This document shows positions 20,121 through 29,074 of a stretch of 64,000 bases of DNA, one piece after another. This stretch comes from an uncultured Eubacteriales bacterium (GTDB taxonomy: Bacteria; Actinomycetota; Coriobacteriia; Anaerosomatales; JAAXUF01): NCBI GenBank assembly GCA_964541225.1, contig CAZIPN010000004.1, positions 24,382 to 88,381 of the forward strand, given 5' to 3'. Below the pieces are notes generated by a model. That model did no database searches. It had not been told where the DNA came from and saw only the letters and a program-made list of their open reading frames with translations. Position 1 is the stretch's first letter. The number at the start of each line of letters is the position of its first letter. The position numbers and the translations under genes are program-made.

Positions 20121-21236
20121 TCAGCGAGTGATCGGGATTCTGAACCCCACCGTTGCGCCGCCCTCAGGGTTGCGTTCGGCGAACATCTCACCGCCATGGT
20201 CGTGGACTATCTGGCGTGAGATGGCCAGTCCCAGGCCGGCCCCGCCGGTCTCAGCGGCGCGCGAAGGGTCCCCGCGATAGAAGCGCTCGAAGATGTAGGG
20301 AAGGTCCTGCTCGGCGATTCCTTCGCCCGTGTCGCGGATCGCGACTTCGGCCAGTCCGCCGTTCTCGGCGATTGCGACGCTCACGCTGCCGACGTGCGTG
20401 TGGCGCAGTGCATTGCTCAGGAGGTTTCGCATGACCTGTGAGAGGCGGGTCTCATCTCCGAGCACGGAGAAGGAGACCGCGTCGCTGTCGGCGGTCATTC
20501 GGACCGCTACCTCCGAGGGGGCCATGGCGCTTGCGCGCGCCACTTCGCGGCGCGACAGCTCGGCAATGTCGATCTCGTGCATCTCGTAGCTGAGTCGGCC
20601 TGACTCCGCCGTGCTGAGCTCTCGGAGCTCCTCAACGAGCACCGAGAGGTGCTGCAGGTCGTCGAGGAGCGAAGCCAGGCGCTCCTCGTTGATGGGGACG
20701 ATACCGTCGACCATCCCCTCGGCCTGTGCCCGCGCGGCTGCGATGGGGTTGCGCAGTTCGTGCGAGACGTCGGCGACGAGGCGGCGTCTGAGTTCCTCGG
20801 CATTCTCAAGGGAGTCGGCCATCGAGTTGAACGCATCGCCGAGAGCAGCGACTTCCGTGGGGCCGGCGATCTCGACGCGATGAGCGAGGTCGCCGCTCGA
20901 TACCTGCTCGGCGGCGTGTTCGAGGCGACGAAGTGGGCGCGTGAGATACGCGGCCAAGAAGTAGGCCACGACGGCGGCGACCACGACCGCAATGAGGCCG
21001 CCGATGTAGACGCTCTGGTCTACGCTCTGGATGAACGTTTGCTCTGCAGCACCGAGCATTCTGTGCCCCATTCCTCGGCCCGCGCCCATTGGCGAGGAGG
21101 GGAGGCCGGCCAGGTAGGCATCGAACGCTCCCGAGAGGGCGTCACGGGCGATGAGCCCGACCGCCACTACTGTCCCGAGGGCCACGAGGAGGATTGATGC
21201 GAATACCTCGACGCCCAGACCGATTCGACCTTTCAT
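20121..21236 (-). CDS. sensor histidine kinase (2 TM, HAMP, HisKA, HATPase)
   Basis: 371 aa. H-box VSHELRNPIAA. N/G boxes LLSNALRHT, DTGEGI and GGAGLGLAI. Confidence 0.85.
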   Translation of the reverse strand: MKGRIGLGVEVFASILLVALGTVVAVGLIARDALSGAFDAYLAGLPSSPMGAGRGMGHRMLGAAEQTFIQSVDQSVYIGGLIAVVVAAVVAYFLAAYLTRPLRRLEHAAEQVSSGDLAHRVEIAGPTEVAALGDAFNSMADSLENAEELRRRLVADVSHELRNPIAAARAQAEGMVDGIVPINEERLASLLDDLQHLSVLVEELRELSTAESGRLSYEMHEIDIAELSRREVARASAMAPSEVAVRMTADSDAVSFSVLGDETRLSQVMRNLLSNALRHTHVGSVSVAIAENGGLAEVAIRDTGEGIAEQDLPYIFERFYRGDPSRAAETGGAGLGLAISRQIVHDHGGEMFAERNPEGGATVGFRIPITR

Positions 21237-21907
21237 GACGCATCCAGCTTGTATCCGACGCCAATGACCGTGCGTATGTATCTCGGTGTCTTCGGGTCGT
21301 CGCCCAGCTTGTGGCGGATGTTCTTGATGTGGGCGTCGATGGTGCGCTCGTAGCCGTCAAAGGCATCCCCCGCAGACGCCTCAAGCAGCTGAAGCCTTGA
21401 GTAGACGCGGCCGGGATGGGCAGCCATCGTCGCGAGGATGTCGAACTGTGCGCGAGTCAGCTCGATGTTGTTGCCATCAAGCGTGACCGAGCGCCTCTCG
21501 GGATCGATTGCCAGCTCACCGACGGTCAGTGTTGCCATGCCGCCGCGAGGCTCGCAGCGCCTGAGGACGGCCTTCACTCGCGCGACGACCTCCCTTGGGC
21601 TGAAGGGCTTGGTGACGTAGTCATCAGCGCCCAGCTGAAGGCCGACCAGCCGATCGACCTCGTCGCTTCGGGCTGTGACCAGGATGACAGGGATGCCGTC
21701 TGCCTGGAAACGGCGCGTAAGTTCGAGCCCATCGATCCCGGGGAGCATGATGTCTACGAGAGCCAAGTCAGGACGCGCGCTGCGGGCCGATTCGAGGGCC
21801 GCGGTTCCGTCAGTCGCAACGACCGCTGTGAATCCGTCCGCTCGCAGGTACTCGGCGAGGACGTCCACGATCTTTGGGTTGTCATCGACCACCAGTACGG
21901 TTGGCAT
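21233..21907 (-). CDS. OmpR-family response regulator
   Basis: REC (VLVVDDN...DIMLPGIDG) plus winged-helix (RVYSRLQLLE...IRTVIGVGYKL). The start is chosen at the second ATG, which has GAGGAG 6 nt upstream. Overlaps the HK start. Confidence 0.9.
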   Translation of the reverse strand: MPTVLVVDDNPKIVDVLAEYLRADGFTAVVATDGTAALESARSARPDLALVDIMLPGIDGLELTRRFQADGIPVILVTARSDEVDRLVGLQLGADDYVTKPFSPREVVARVKAVLRRCEPRGGMATLTVGELAIDPERRSVTLDGNNIELTRAQFDILATMAAHPGRVYSRLQLLEASAGDAFDGYERTIDAHIKNIRHKLGDDPKTPRYIRTVIGVGYKLDAS

Positions 21908-22007
21908 ACCGTGCTCCTCTGTTGGCACCGTCTCCTACGTTTGTACCGCACAGGCAGAAACGAGGCGGCTGCACAGCCACCTCGTTTCCGGCCGAGGAGA
22001 GCGAGAC

Positions 22008-22571
22008 TCAGTTCATGCACGATCCATCGCGGGCGCCGCCACCTTGCCCGCCACCTGAACCGCGTCCGGATCCTGCGCCAGCGCCTCTGCCACTGCCAGC
22101 TCCTGCGCCCGAGCCGCCATTGGGACCACTACCGTCGCACGCAGACGGGTCGGTCACTCGCTGGGTGACTCGGCTCTTCATTGCCGACAACGCCGTATCA
22201 GCCTGGCTTTGGCTGATCGAGCCTGCCTTGACCTTAGTTGCCAAGACCTGCTCGCGCACCTTCAGAGCCTGAGCGACGATCTGACCGGTGCTGACGTTCT
22301 TGTCGGCAGCGATCTGCGCGAACGTCTTGCCGGATGCTCGCTGCGTTGCGACTTGCGCCGGGGTCTGACCCGTCAGGTTTGCGACAACGTCGAGCATTCT
22401 GCCACCGGCAGCGCCGACCGCGCCGCCGAGTCCCGCGCCGCAACGCGCGACCGCCTGTGCGGGCGCCGAGTTAGTGACAGTCCCGGCGAACCCCGTTGAC
22501 ACGCTGCCGAGCACCAGACCGGCGACCAGGCCGCCTGCGAGGGCTGCCGCCCACTTCTTCGATCGAAACAT
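22008..22571 (-). CDS. small secreted/anchored helical protein with a Cys-flanked Gly-rich tail
   Basis: 187 aa from the ATG with a GAGGAG SD. N-terminal TM/signal MFRSKKWAAALAGGLVAGLVLG. The tail reads CDGSGPNGGSGAGAGSGRGAGAGSGRGSGGGQGGGARDGSC. Lies upstream of the RR/HK on the same strand. Confidence 0.5.
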   Translation of the reverse strand: MFRSKKWAAALAGGLVAGLVLGSVSTGFAGTVTNSAPAQAVARCGAGLGGAVGAAGGRMLDVVANLTGQTPAQVATQRASGKTFAQIAADKNVSTGQIVAQALKVREQVLATKVKAGSISQSQADTALSAMKSRVTQRVTDPSACDGSGPNGGSGAGAGSGRGAGAGSGRGSGGGQGGGARDGSCMN

Positions 22572-22812
22572 GTCGTGCTCCTCTCTCTCTGTGTGCCTAT
22601 CCTCCTGTTGAAGAAGATGGGGCCGACGTGTGAATTTCGCGTGCGCGCCGAAAGCGAATGGAGTGAACGACGCCTCAGTGCCCGGCGAGCCGACGATCTG
22701 CCCGGGCATTCCTCCATGTCGAATGCCACTGATCAGGTCCAGATTGTGCAGCGCTGGCATTAAGCTTGCGTAATGGGTCGCGGCGTCTGCCAGCCCACCA
22801 AAGGAGACCGCC

Positions 22813-23682
22813 ATGGCCAAGGCCCGAGGCATTCTCGCGACGTACTCTGCACAGCCAACACGCGACGGGGCGGGGGTGCACCTGCGACGGGCTTTCGGTT
22901 CAACTCACTCGCCGCTCTTCGATCCCTTCTTGATGTTGGATGACTATCGGTCTTCAGAGCCGGCTAGGTATCGGAGGGGCTTCCCGTGGCACCCTCACCG
23001 TGGGATCGAAACGGTGACATACCTGCTGCGTGGTGACATTGAGCACTCGGATTCCTCGGGGAATCAGGGGGTCCTCGGCTCGGGATGCGCTCAGTGGATG
23101 ACTGCCGGCCGAGGCATAGTGCACCAAGAGATGCCGATTGGCGATGTCGACGGTGTCCTTGAGGGCTTTCAACTGTGGGTGAATCTGCCTGCAACGCACA
23201 AGATGACCGAACCGTCCTACCAACACGCTTCGTGCGAAGCGATTCCGCTGATAGTGACGATGGATGGCGTTGCCGTGCGTGTCATATCGGGCACCGTAGA
23301 TGGCGTCACGGGTCCCGTACAGGGGCTTGCCACAAACCCCGAGTTTCTCGACATCACCGTTCCTCCGCAGTCGCGTTACGTGCACCCCACTCCCTCTGCG
23401 CACACGGTGTGTGCCTACGTGATTGCAGGATCCGGATCGTTCGCGAGTCACATTCGCGCAGAGGAGCGGGTCTTTGACGGCAGCGCGATTCTGTTTGGCG
23501 AAGGCGACCTGGTCACCGCTGTCACTCGCGAGGACCCGCTGCGGTTCTTGCTGTGCGCCGGGCGACCTCTCCGTGAGCCCGTGGCGTGGTCCGGTCCCAT
23601 CGTCATGAACACCCAGCAGGAACTCGAAAGTGCGTTCGACGAACTGCAGCACGGGACGTTTCTTCACCGTGGAGCTGCCTGA
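22813..23682 (+). CDS. pirin-family protein
   Basis: 289 aa. GFPWHPHRGIETVTYLL and a bicupin layout. Confidence 0.85.
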   Translation: MAKARGILATYSAQPTRDGAGVHLRRAFGSTHSPLFDPFLMLDDYRSSEPARYRRGFPWHPHRGIETVTYLLRGDIEHSDSSGNQGVLGSGCAQWMTAGRGIVHQEMPIGDVDGVLEGFQLWVNLPATHKMTEPSYQHASCEAIPLIVTMDGVAVRVISGTVDGVTGPVQGLATNPEFLDITVPPQSRYVHPTPSAHTVCAYVIAGSGSFASHIRAEERVFDGSAILFGEGDLVTAVTREDPLRFLLCAGRPLREPVAWSGPIVMNTQQELESAFDELQHGTFLHRGAA

Positions 23683-23697
23683 CGGCCAAGGGCGCCC

Positions 23698-23735
23698 GCG
23701 CGCCCGGGTTCTTGTATCCGCAAGAGCGGGCGCGC
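23698..23735. terminator. hairpin between convergent genes
   Basis: GCGCGCCCG...CGGGCGCGC (9-bp stem) with an inner CTTG/CAAG stem. Lies between the pirin stop and the 23739 (-) gene end. Confidence 0.45.
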
Positions 23736-23738
23736 AGC

Positions 23739-25439
23739 CTACGGCTTCTTGGTCCATACGTCGAAATCGGCGACCGTCTCAACTCTCGTGTAGCGCGTCA
23801 GCAGCTGTTCAATGAACGGATTGTCACGCGCTGCGTTCTCGTAGGGCAGCAGATGGAGCCTCCTCATTGAGAACAGATCGACGAAGATCACATCGGGCAT
23901 CGCCTCGTGCTCCTCGAAGTAGTCCAGGGCATACCCGTCCGAGCGTGACGGGTAGAGCCACACAGCGTTGGTGTAGATCTGTCCGCCCACTGCCAGATAC
24001 CCTTGCCGTTCTCCGTAGAACGTGACTCGGGATGTCGGCCTCACCAACCGTTTGCCGGTTGCCTCGAGGGCGAGGATCTCCCGTTGGCGCTCAGGGGTGG
24101 TGTGCATTCCCGCATACATGCCCCCACTGACAACCGCCGTCATGTTCTGAGGCCGTCCGTTGTCGACCGACTCCGACCACACGGTGCCCACAGCGATGGC
24201 GAGGATCGCCACCGACGCCACTGCGAGAACGCGCTCTCCGGACAACGTCTCAAGGGCACTGCCCCATGTGGCGATGACGGCGATCGCAGCCGGAACGATT
24301 CCGATGACGGCGACCCCGCGCATCCACGGGGCATCCGTCGAGTACGCGACGGCAGCAAACCCGACCGCTGAGGCTGGGAGCGTGAGGACGAGCAGCGAGA
24401 GCAGGTCGCGGCGCTTCTCCGAGGTGGCCCACACGGCTGTGGGCGCGATGGCAGCGAGCGCGAACGTGATGAGCCAAGCGCTCGCGGTCATGCCGAACAC
24501 GCGCTGGCTCAGGACAATGGCCTGAACGGTGGGCGGCAGTGCGAGTATCGGTAGTGAGAACAGCAGCCAGGCGCGAACGTTGCGTGAAAACCGAGGCACG
24601 CATGCGAGTGCTGCCGCGACCCACATTGGCCACAAGAGCGGTTGTCCCAAGGACCCGGAGAGCCGCGTGGCCGCGCGCTGCAGCTTCTCGGCAGGGGAGC
24701 GGAAGCTCTCGACGTTGGAGGATGCGTAGCGCAGACCCCGAGTGATCTCGGTGATGGACACGAACGCCAACAGGCTGCCGACGAAGACCAGGCTGGTCAC
24801 TGCGGCCGTGATCAGGAGCGGCAGAACGATCCGCCGGTCACGCGTGCGAACGATCAAGACGAAGGCGAGGGTCGCGGCTGCAATCGCCAATGGCGGGTAG
24901 GTGACCGATGCGAATACGAGGGCGACGCCGGTTCCAGCCGCCGCGAGCGGGCTGCGGTCGTGTTCGGCGCGATACGCAAGGGCAACAGCCAGCACAAAAC
25001 CGATGGTGGTCATCTGGTTGTAGCCGGGGGCGAACAGGTTGAACGGTGGGCACAGAAGCGGAACGCTTACGGCGAGTGCGGCGACGAGCGGATGCAACGA
25101 TCGTCGGAGCTGGACGTAGGCGACAAAGGCCACTCCCGCTGCGAGGGCTACGTAGAACAGACGGAATGCGGCTACCAACCCGAACGTGCCGAAGAGGTGA
25201 ATCCACACCCACACGAAGCCTGCTGCCGGCAGGAAGCCGAGTGATTGCACCGACATCTCGTCGGCGAATGGTCGCGCGCCCTCGGCAAGACGAAGCGCCA
25301 CGGTGACGTAGTGGCTGTCGTCGTAGAAGGAGACACCGAACGTCGAGCGCAGCGCGGTGAGTGCGAGGACGATGAGAGCCGCCATCGCGATCGCAATGCG
25401 TTCGGCTCCCCATCCCTGTCGGTTGGTAGGCGCTGGCAT
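23739..25439 (-). CDS. polytopic membrane protein, putative GT-C-type glycosyltransferase
   Basis: About 566 aa from MPAPTNRQGW. At least 12 hydrophobic segments. Acidic first-loop motif FYDDSHY. C-terminal soluble domain. The family assignment is tentative. Confidence 0.45.
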   Translation of the reverse strand: MPAPTNRQGWGAERIAIAMAALIVLALTALRSTFGVSFYDDSHYVTVALRLAEGARPFADEMSVQSLGFLPAAGFVWVWIHLFGTFGLVAAFRLFYVALAAGVAFVAYVQLRRSLHPLVAALAVSVPLLCPPFNLFAPGYNQMTTIGFVLAVALAYRAEHDRSPLAAAGTGVALVFASVTYPPLAIAAATLAFVLIVRTRDRRIVLPLLITAAVTSLVFVGSLLAFVSITEITRGLRYASSNVESFRSPAEKLQRAATRLSGSLGQPLLWPMWVAAALACVPRFSRNVRAWLLFSLPILALPPTVQAIVLSQRVFGMTASAWLITFALAAIAPTAVWATSEKRRDLLSLLVLTLPASAVGFAAVAYSTDAPWMRGVAVIGIVPAAIAVIATWGSALETLSGERVLAVASVAILAIAVGTVWSESVDNGRPQNMTAVVSGGMYAGMHTTPERQREILALEATGKRLVRPTSRVTFYGERQGYLAVGGQIYTNAVWLYPSRSDGYALDYFEEHEAMPDVIFVDLFSMRRLHLLPYENAARDNPFIEQLLTRYTRVETVADFDVWTKKP

Positions 25440-25635
25440 GCGCGAAGGATACGGCGGCACGGGTTCGTCAGCAAGCAGCGGGACGGGGCGCGGCGCAGGG
25501 GACGGGGCGGCCCGGGTTCCTCGGCAGGCATGAGTGGGCGGGGCGCCGTGGGAAGCCACAAGCGGGGAGAATCGAGACACAGAGCGCGACAGGGGGATAT
25601 TCAACGGAGTCTACGAGCCGAAAGGAGCAGCTGCT

Positions 25636-26040
25636 ATGAGCGACTTCATCGAGCTGACGAGTACTGAGGGTCTTGAACCTGGGATGATGCGCCGTGTTGC
25701 CCTCGAGGACCATGAGTTTCTTGTGGCTAGGATCGGCGATGAGTACTACGTGACTGACGGGCGCTGTGCACATCTCGGCGGAGATCTGAGCCGAGGAGTG
25801 CTCGACGGAACGGTGGTTACATGTCCGCTTCATCACTCGCAGTATGACCTGAGGGATGGTCGGGTCTTGCGGTGGACGGACTGGTCGGGCGTCGTTCTGT
25901 CGGTCGCCGAGCTCCTGAGGCACCCGCGGCCGATTCGCGCTTATGAGAGCAAGGTGGAGGAGGGCAGAGTGTTCGTGGGGCCGCAGAAGCCATGTCCGCC
26001 GGTGGATATCGCGAGCCAGGAGTCGTCTCCCCCCGTGTAG
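25636..26040 (+). CDS. Rieske [2Fe-2S] domain protein
   Basis: 134 aa. CAHLGG ... CPLHHSQY. ATG preceded by AAAGGAG. Confidence 0.8.
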   Translation: MSDFIELTSTEGLEPGMMRRVALEDHEFLVARIGDEYYVTDGRCAHLGGDLSRGVLDGTVVTCPLHHSQYDLRDGRVLRWTDWSGVVLSVAELLRHPRPIRAYESKVEEGRVFVGPQKPCPPVDIASQESSPPV

Positions 26041-26250
26041 CCGCTGGTCGAGGGCCGCGCACGGTGTTGCGACCAGATATTCGCGCTGGCTCTCTCAATG
26101 TGGAGGCAACCGGCATTTTGCACTTCATGGCGATTGGCAGAACGCCGATACTAATTGACAAAGGGATGACAGGTCCGCGCAGCGCGCATTCGCTATGCAT
26201 GGCGGGCGGCGTCGCCAAGGATCGCGCGGACCCGTTTCGAGGAGGAAACC

Positions 26251-26997
26251 GTGGCACTCGAGGGCAACCTCAAGGACTTCTCACTTGCCGACATGTTTCG
26301 GCTGCTGGACAAGGGCTCGAAATCGGGCACTTTGCACGTGACGACCAGGGACTCCGAAGGCATCGTGTGCTTCAGGGGTGGCCAGATCTTCTACGCCTCG
26401 GCGAGCACGCAGCGTGAGCCCACCGGCAAGCGGTTGACGCGGGCCGGCATCATCACCGAGAAGCAGCTTAGGCAAGCGCAGGGTCTGATGAAGATCCAGA
26501 AGCGCGACAAGGCTGACCGCAGACTCGGCCAGATCTTGGTCGACGAGGGGTATGTCGAGCCGGGCATTCTCGAGAATCTGGTCTCCGAGCAAGTCGCTGA
26601 CGCGCTCTTCGTGATGCTGCGATGGGACGACGGCGAGCTTCGCTTCGAGCCCGACGAGCATCGAGCCGATGTGGACCTTGGCTTCACCCTGCCGGTTGAC
26701 CAAGCTGTCACTGACGCCGAGAAGCGCCTGGATGCATGGGAGCGTATTCGGGAGAAGGTGCCATCACTGGACACCCGCTTCGAGATGTCTGCTATGCCGG
26801 GGCAGAAACCGACCGAGATTCATCTGAAACCGCGCGAATGGATGCTGCTGTGCTTCATGCACGGCGCCAAGAGCGTGTCCGAACTGGCCCAACTCACCGG
26901 CTACAACGATTTCGACACCGCGAGAACCCTATATGGGATGTTCACCGGGGGCCTCATCGAGAAGGTCGAGTCAGCCGGGGAGAGTTCGTCGGGCTAG
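26251..26997 (+). CDS. PATAN/DUF4388 domain protein (stand-alone)
   Basis: 248 aa. N-terminus LEGNLKDFSLADMFRLLDKGSKSGTLHV...GIVCFRGGQIFYA is the DUF4388 signature. GTG start with a GAGGAGG SD. First gene of the che operon. Confidence 0.75.
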   Translation: MALEGNLKDFSLADMFRLLDKGSKSGTLHVTTRDSEGIVCFRGGQIFYASASTQREPTGKRLTRAGIITEKQLRQAQGLMKIQKRDKADRRLGQILVDEGYVEPGILENLVSEQVADALFVMLRWDDGELRFEPDEHRADVDLGFTLPVDQAVTDAEKRLDAWERIREKVPSLDTRFEMSAMPGQKPTEIHLKPREWMLLCFMHGAKSVSELAQLTGYNDFDTARTLYGMFTGGLIEKVESAGESSSG

Positions 26998-27000
26998 CCC

Positions 27001-28611
27001 ATGGCGGCCTCCGAAGAGAACCTCAAGAAGGATCTGACCGCCGAGGAATTCGGTCGCTTCCGTGACTGGATTCACAAGCATTCCGGGATCTACCTCGAAG
27101 ACAACAAGCTTGATTCCTTGAGGATATCTCTGGTTTCGCGCGCGACTCGATTCGGGTTCGTCGACTACGGCGAGTACTACCGGATGCTTGTGTCCAGTGA
27201 CGATGAGTTCAAAGAGCTCATGAATCTTGTCACGATCAACGAGACGTCGTTCTTTCGTTTTCCCGCCCAGTTCGAGGCGTTGCGCGACCACGTGATCCCG
27301 GAGATTCTTCAGAGCAAGTCAAAGGTGAGCCGGTCGTTTCGGATATGGTCGGCGGGCTGCTCTACCGGCGAGGAGCCCTACACGCTTGCGATGACGTTGC
27401 TTGACTCAGCCGTTGGAGGTGCTGGGCTTCGGCCCGAAGTGCTTGGGACGGACGTGTCGACTTCGGCACTTGAGCGAGCTCGCAAGGCCGTGTACCCGGC
27501 GCGCGCGCTCGCAAGTGTGTCCCAGACCGTGGTGCAGCGCTGGTTCGAGCCCGTAGCCGGAGGGCACCGTCCGATCAAGCGCGTGCGTGATCTCGTCGAA
27601 TTCTCCTATCACAATTTGGTGAAAGAGCCCTATCCGATAGCGTTGCTATCGAGCTGGGATGTCATCTTCTGCAGGAACGTCACGATCTACTTTCGCCTGG
27701 AGTCGACAAAGCGCGTGGTGAGCAACTTCTTCGACTCTCTCAACCCGGGTGGCTATCTCTTCATCGGCCACTCAGAAACCCTGTCAGCAATTTCTGATCG
27801 TTTCGAGGCGGTGGAGGTCGGTGGCGTGTTCCTCTATCGCAAGCCCCTTCAGCAGCACTTCTTCTCCTTCGACACCATGACGAGGGGGGCCGACGGGGAG
27901 GCTTCGGTGAGTCGTCGGCGCAGTGCCAGCCACTCATCCCGGCCGGGGATCTTTTCCAAGTCGTCGGCGGTGCGGCGGGAATCGGCGGTGCGGCGGGAGT
28001 CGGCCGCGCGTCCGAAGCGGCCGAAAGCCGCAGGGGCTTCGGCAAGCGGCGCGAATCCAGCGCAGACGCGAGCATCCGAAGAGACTGATGTCGCGGCTCA
28101 GAGTGCCGAGGCTGCTATTGCCGAGGCGCACGCACTCCTGGAATCGGCTCGCCCGGCCGAGGCGCGCGAGGCGGCCGACAAGGCTCTCGCGGCCCAACCA
28201 CGCAACGTCCAGGCGATGCTGGTGCGCGCGTATGCCAACGCGGACAGCGGTGACTTTGAATCTGCAACCGCGGACGCGAACGCGGCGCTCGCCATTGACC
28301 CGCTTCTGGCACCCGCGCGCTACGTGCTAGGGATTATCTATCAACGGGCTGGCGACGAGCGTGCGGCGCTCGGGGAATTCAAGCGCACCATCTACATCGA
28401 TCATGAGTTCGTGCTCGCACATTTCAACGCCGCAAACATCTACCGGGGCCGCGGGGCGATGGAAGATGCCTGCCGAGAATACGAGAACGCGCTGACAACG
28501 TTGCATGCGAACCCAGATGGATCGTGGACGGTCTTTCTCGGCGGTTTCAAGCCTGATTTGCTGGCAAAGACCTGCGAACGCAGTCTGCTAGAGTGTCGGA
28601 AGGGGTCGTAG
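27001..28611 (+). CDS. cheR: chemotaxis protein methyltransferase CheR fused to C-terminal TPR repeats
   Basis: 536 aa. INETSFFR, RIWSAGCSTGEEPY and FCRNVTIYF. A Ser/Arg/Ala-rich linker precedes the TPR-like repeats. Confidence 0.9.
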   Translation: MAASEENLKKDLTAEEFGRFRDWIHKHSGIYLEDNKLDSLRISLVSRATRFGFVDYGEYYRMLVSSDDEFKELMNLVTINETSFFRFPAQFEALRDHVIPEILQSKSKVSRSFRIWSAGCSTGEEPYTLAMTLLDSAVGGAGLRPEVLGTDVSTSALERARKAVYPARALASVSQTVVQRWFEPVAGGHRPIKRVRDLVEFSYHNLVKEPYPIALLSSWDVIFCRNVTIYFRLESTKRVVSNFFDSLNPGGYLFIGHSETLSAISDRFEAVEVGGVFLYRKPLQQHFFSFDTMTRGADGEASVSRRRSASHSSRPGIFSKSSAVRRESAVRRESAARPKRPKAAGASASGANPAQTRASEETDVAAQSAEAAIAEAHALLESARPAEAREAADKALAAQPRNVQAMLVRAYANADSGDFESATADANAALAIDPLLAPARYVLGIIYQRAGDERAALGEFKRTIYIDHEFVLAHFNAANIYRGRGAMEDACREYENALTTLHANPDGSWTVFLGGFKPDLLAKTCERSLLECRKGS

Positions 28612-28685
28612 TCTGGCCTAAAGACGCCCGCACTTTGGGGCGATAACTGGTAAGACATGCCCAATCGGAGGGGAGCACAGTAGAG

Positions 28686-29066
28686 ATGCCGAACGCGCGA
28701 ATTCTCGCGGTCGACGACAGCCCGACGATCCTTGAGATGATCAAGGCGATCCTGCAGTCGGGTGGCTACGAAGTGATCACAGCCACGGACGGGGCTGAGG
28801 CGCTCGAGACCGCACGTGCCGAGATTCCCGATCTCATCTTGCTCGACGTCATGCTTCCCAAGCTCGATGGCTATCGAGTGTGTCGGCTCCTGAAGTTCGA
28901 CCAGAAATACAAGAACATCCCCATCATCATGCTGACGGCCAAGACCGAGGAGCAGGCGATGGCGACGGGTATTCGGACGGGCGCGAACCAGTACTTGACG
29001 AAGCCGATTGAGCCCGAAAAGCTGCTCTCGGCCGTGGCCGACGAGCTGTCCAAGATCTCGGGCTGA
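28686..29066 (+). CDS. cheY: single-domain response regulator (CheY-like)
   Basis: 126 aa. ILAVDDS, LLDVMLPKLDG, MLTAK, YLTKP. Confidence 0.9.
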   Translation: MPNARILAVDDSPTILEMIKAILQSGGYEVITATDGAEALETARAEIPDLILLDVMLPKLDGYRVCRLLKFDQKYKNIPIIMLTAKTEEQAMATGIRTGANQYLTKPIEPEKLLSAVADELSKISG

Positions 29067-29074
29067 CGGATGTC

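Noticed and set aside
26144-26151. GCCGATAC upstream of the che operon, resembling the -10 of sigma28/FliA/SigD promoters (GCCGATAA).
   Set aside because: No TAAA-type -35 occurs at the required ~15-nt distance, and no flagellar genes are in the window. A single 8-mer match is not sufficient.
27955-28015. Short tandem DNA repeats inside coding regions. These are SAVRRESAVRRESAA in the CheR linker (about 27961-28010), EDQTAEDQTAED in the CheA linker (about 33958-33990) and the GSGAGAGSGRG units at 22020-22120.
   Set aside because: They are in-frame low-complexity linker repeats within well-supported genes. They are not CRISPR, VNTR-type intergenic arrays or mobile-element termini.
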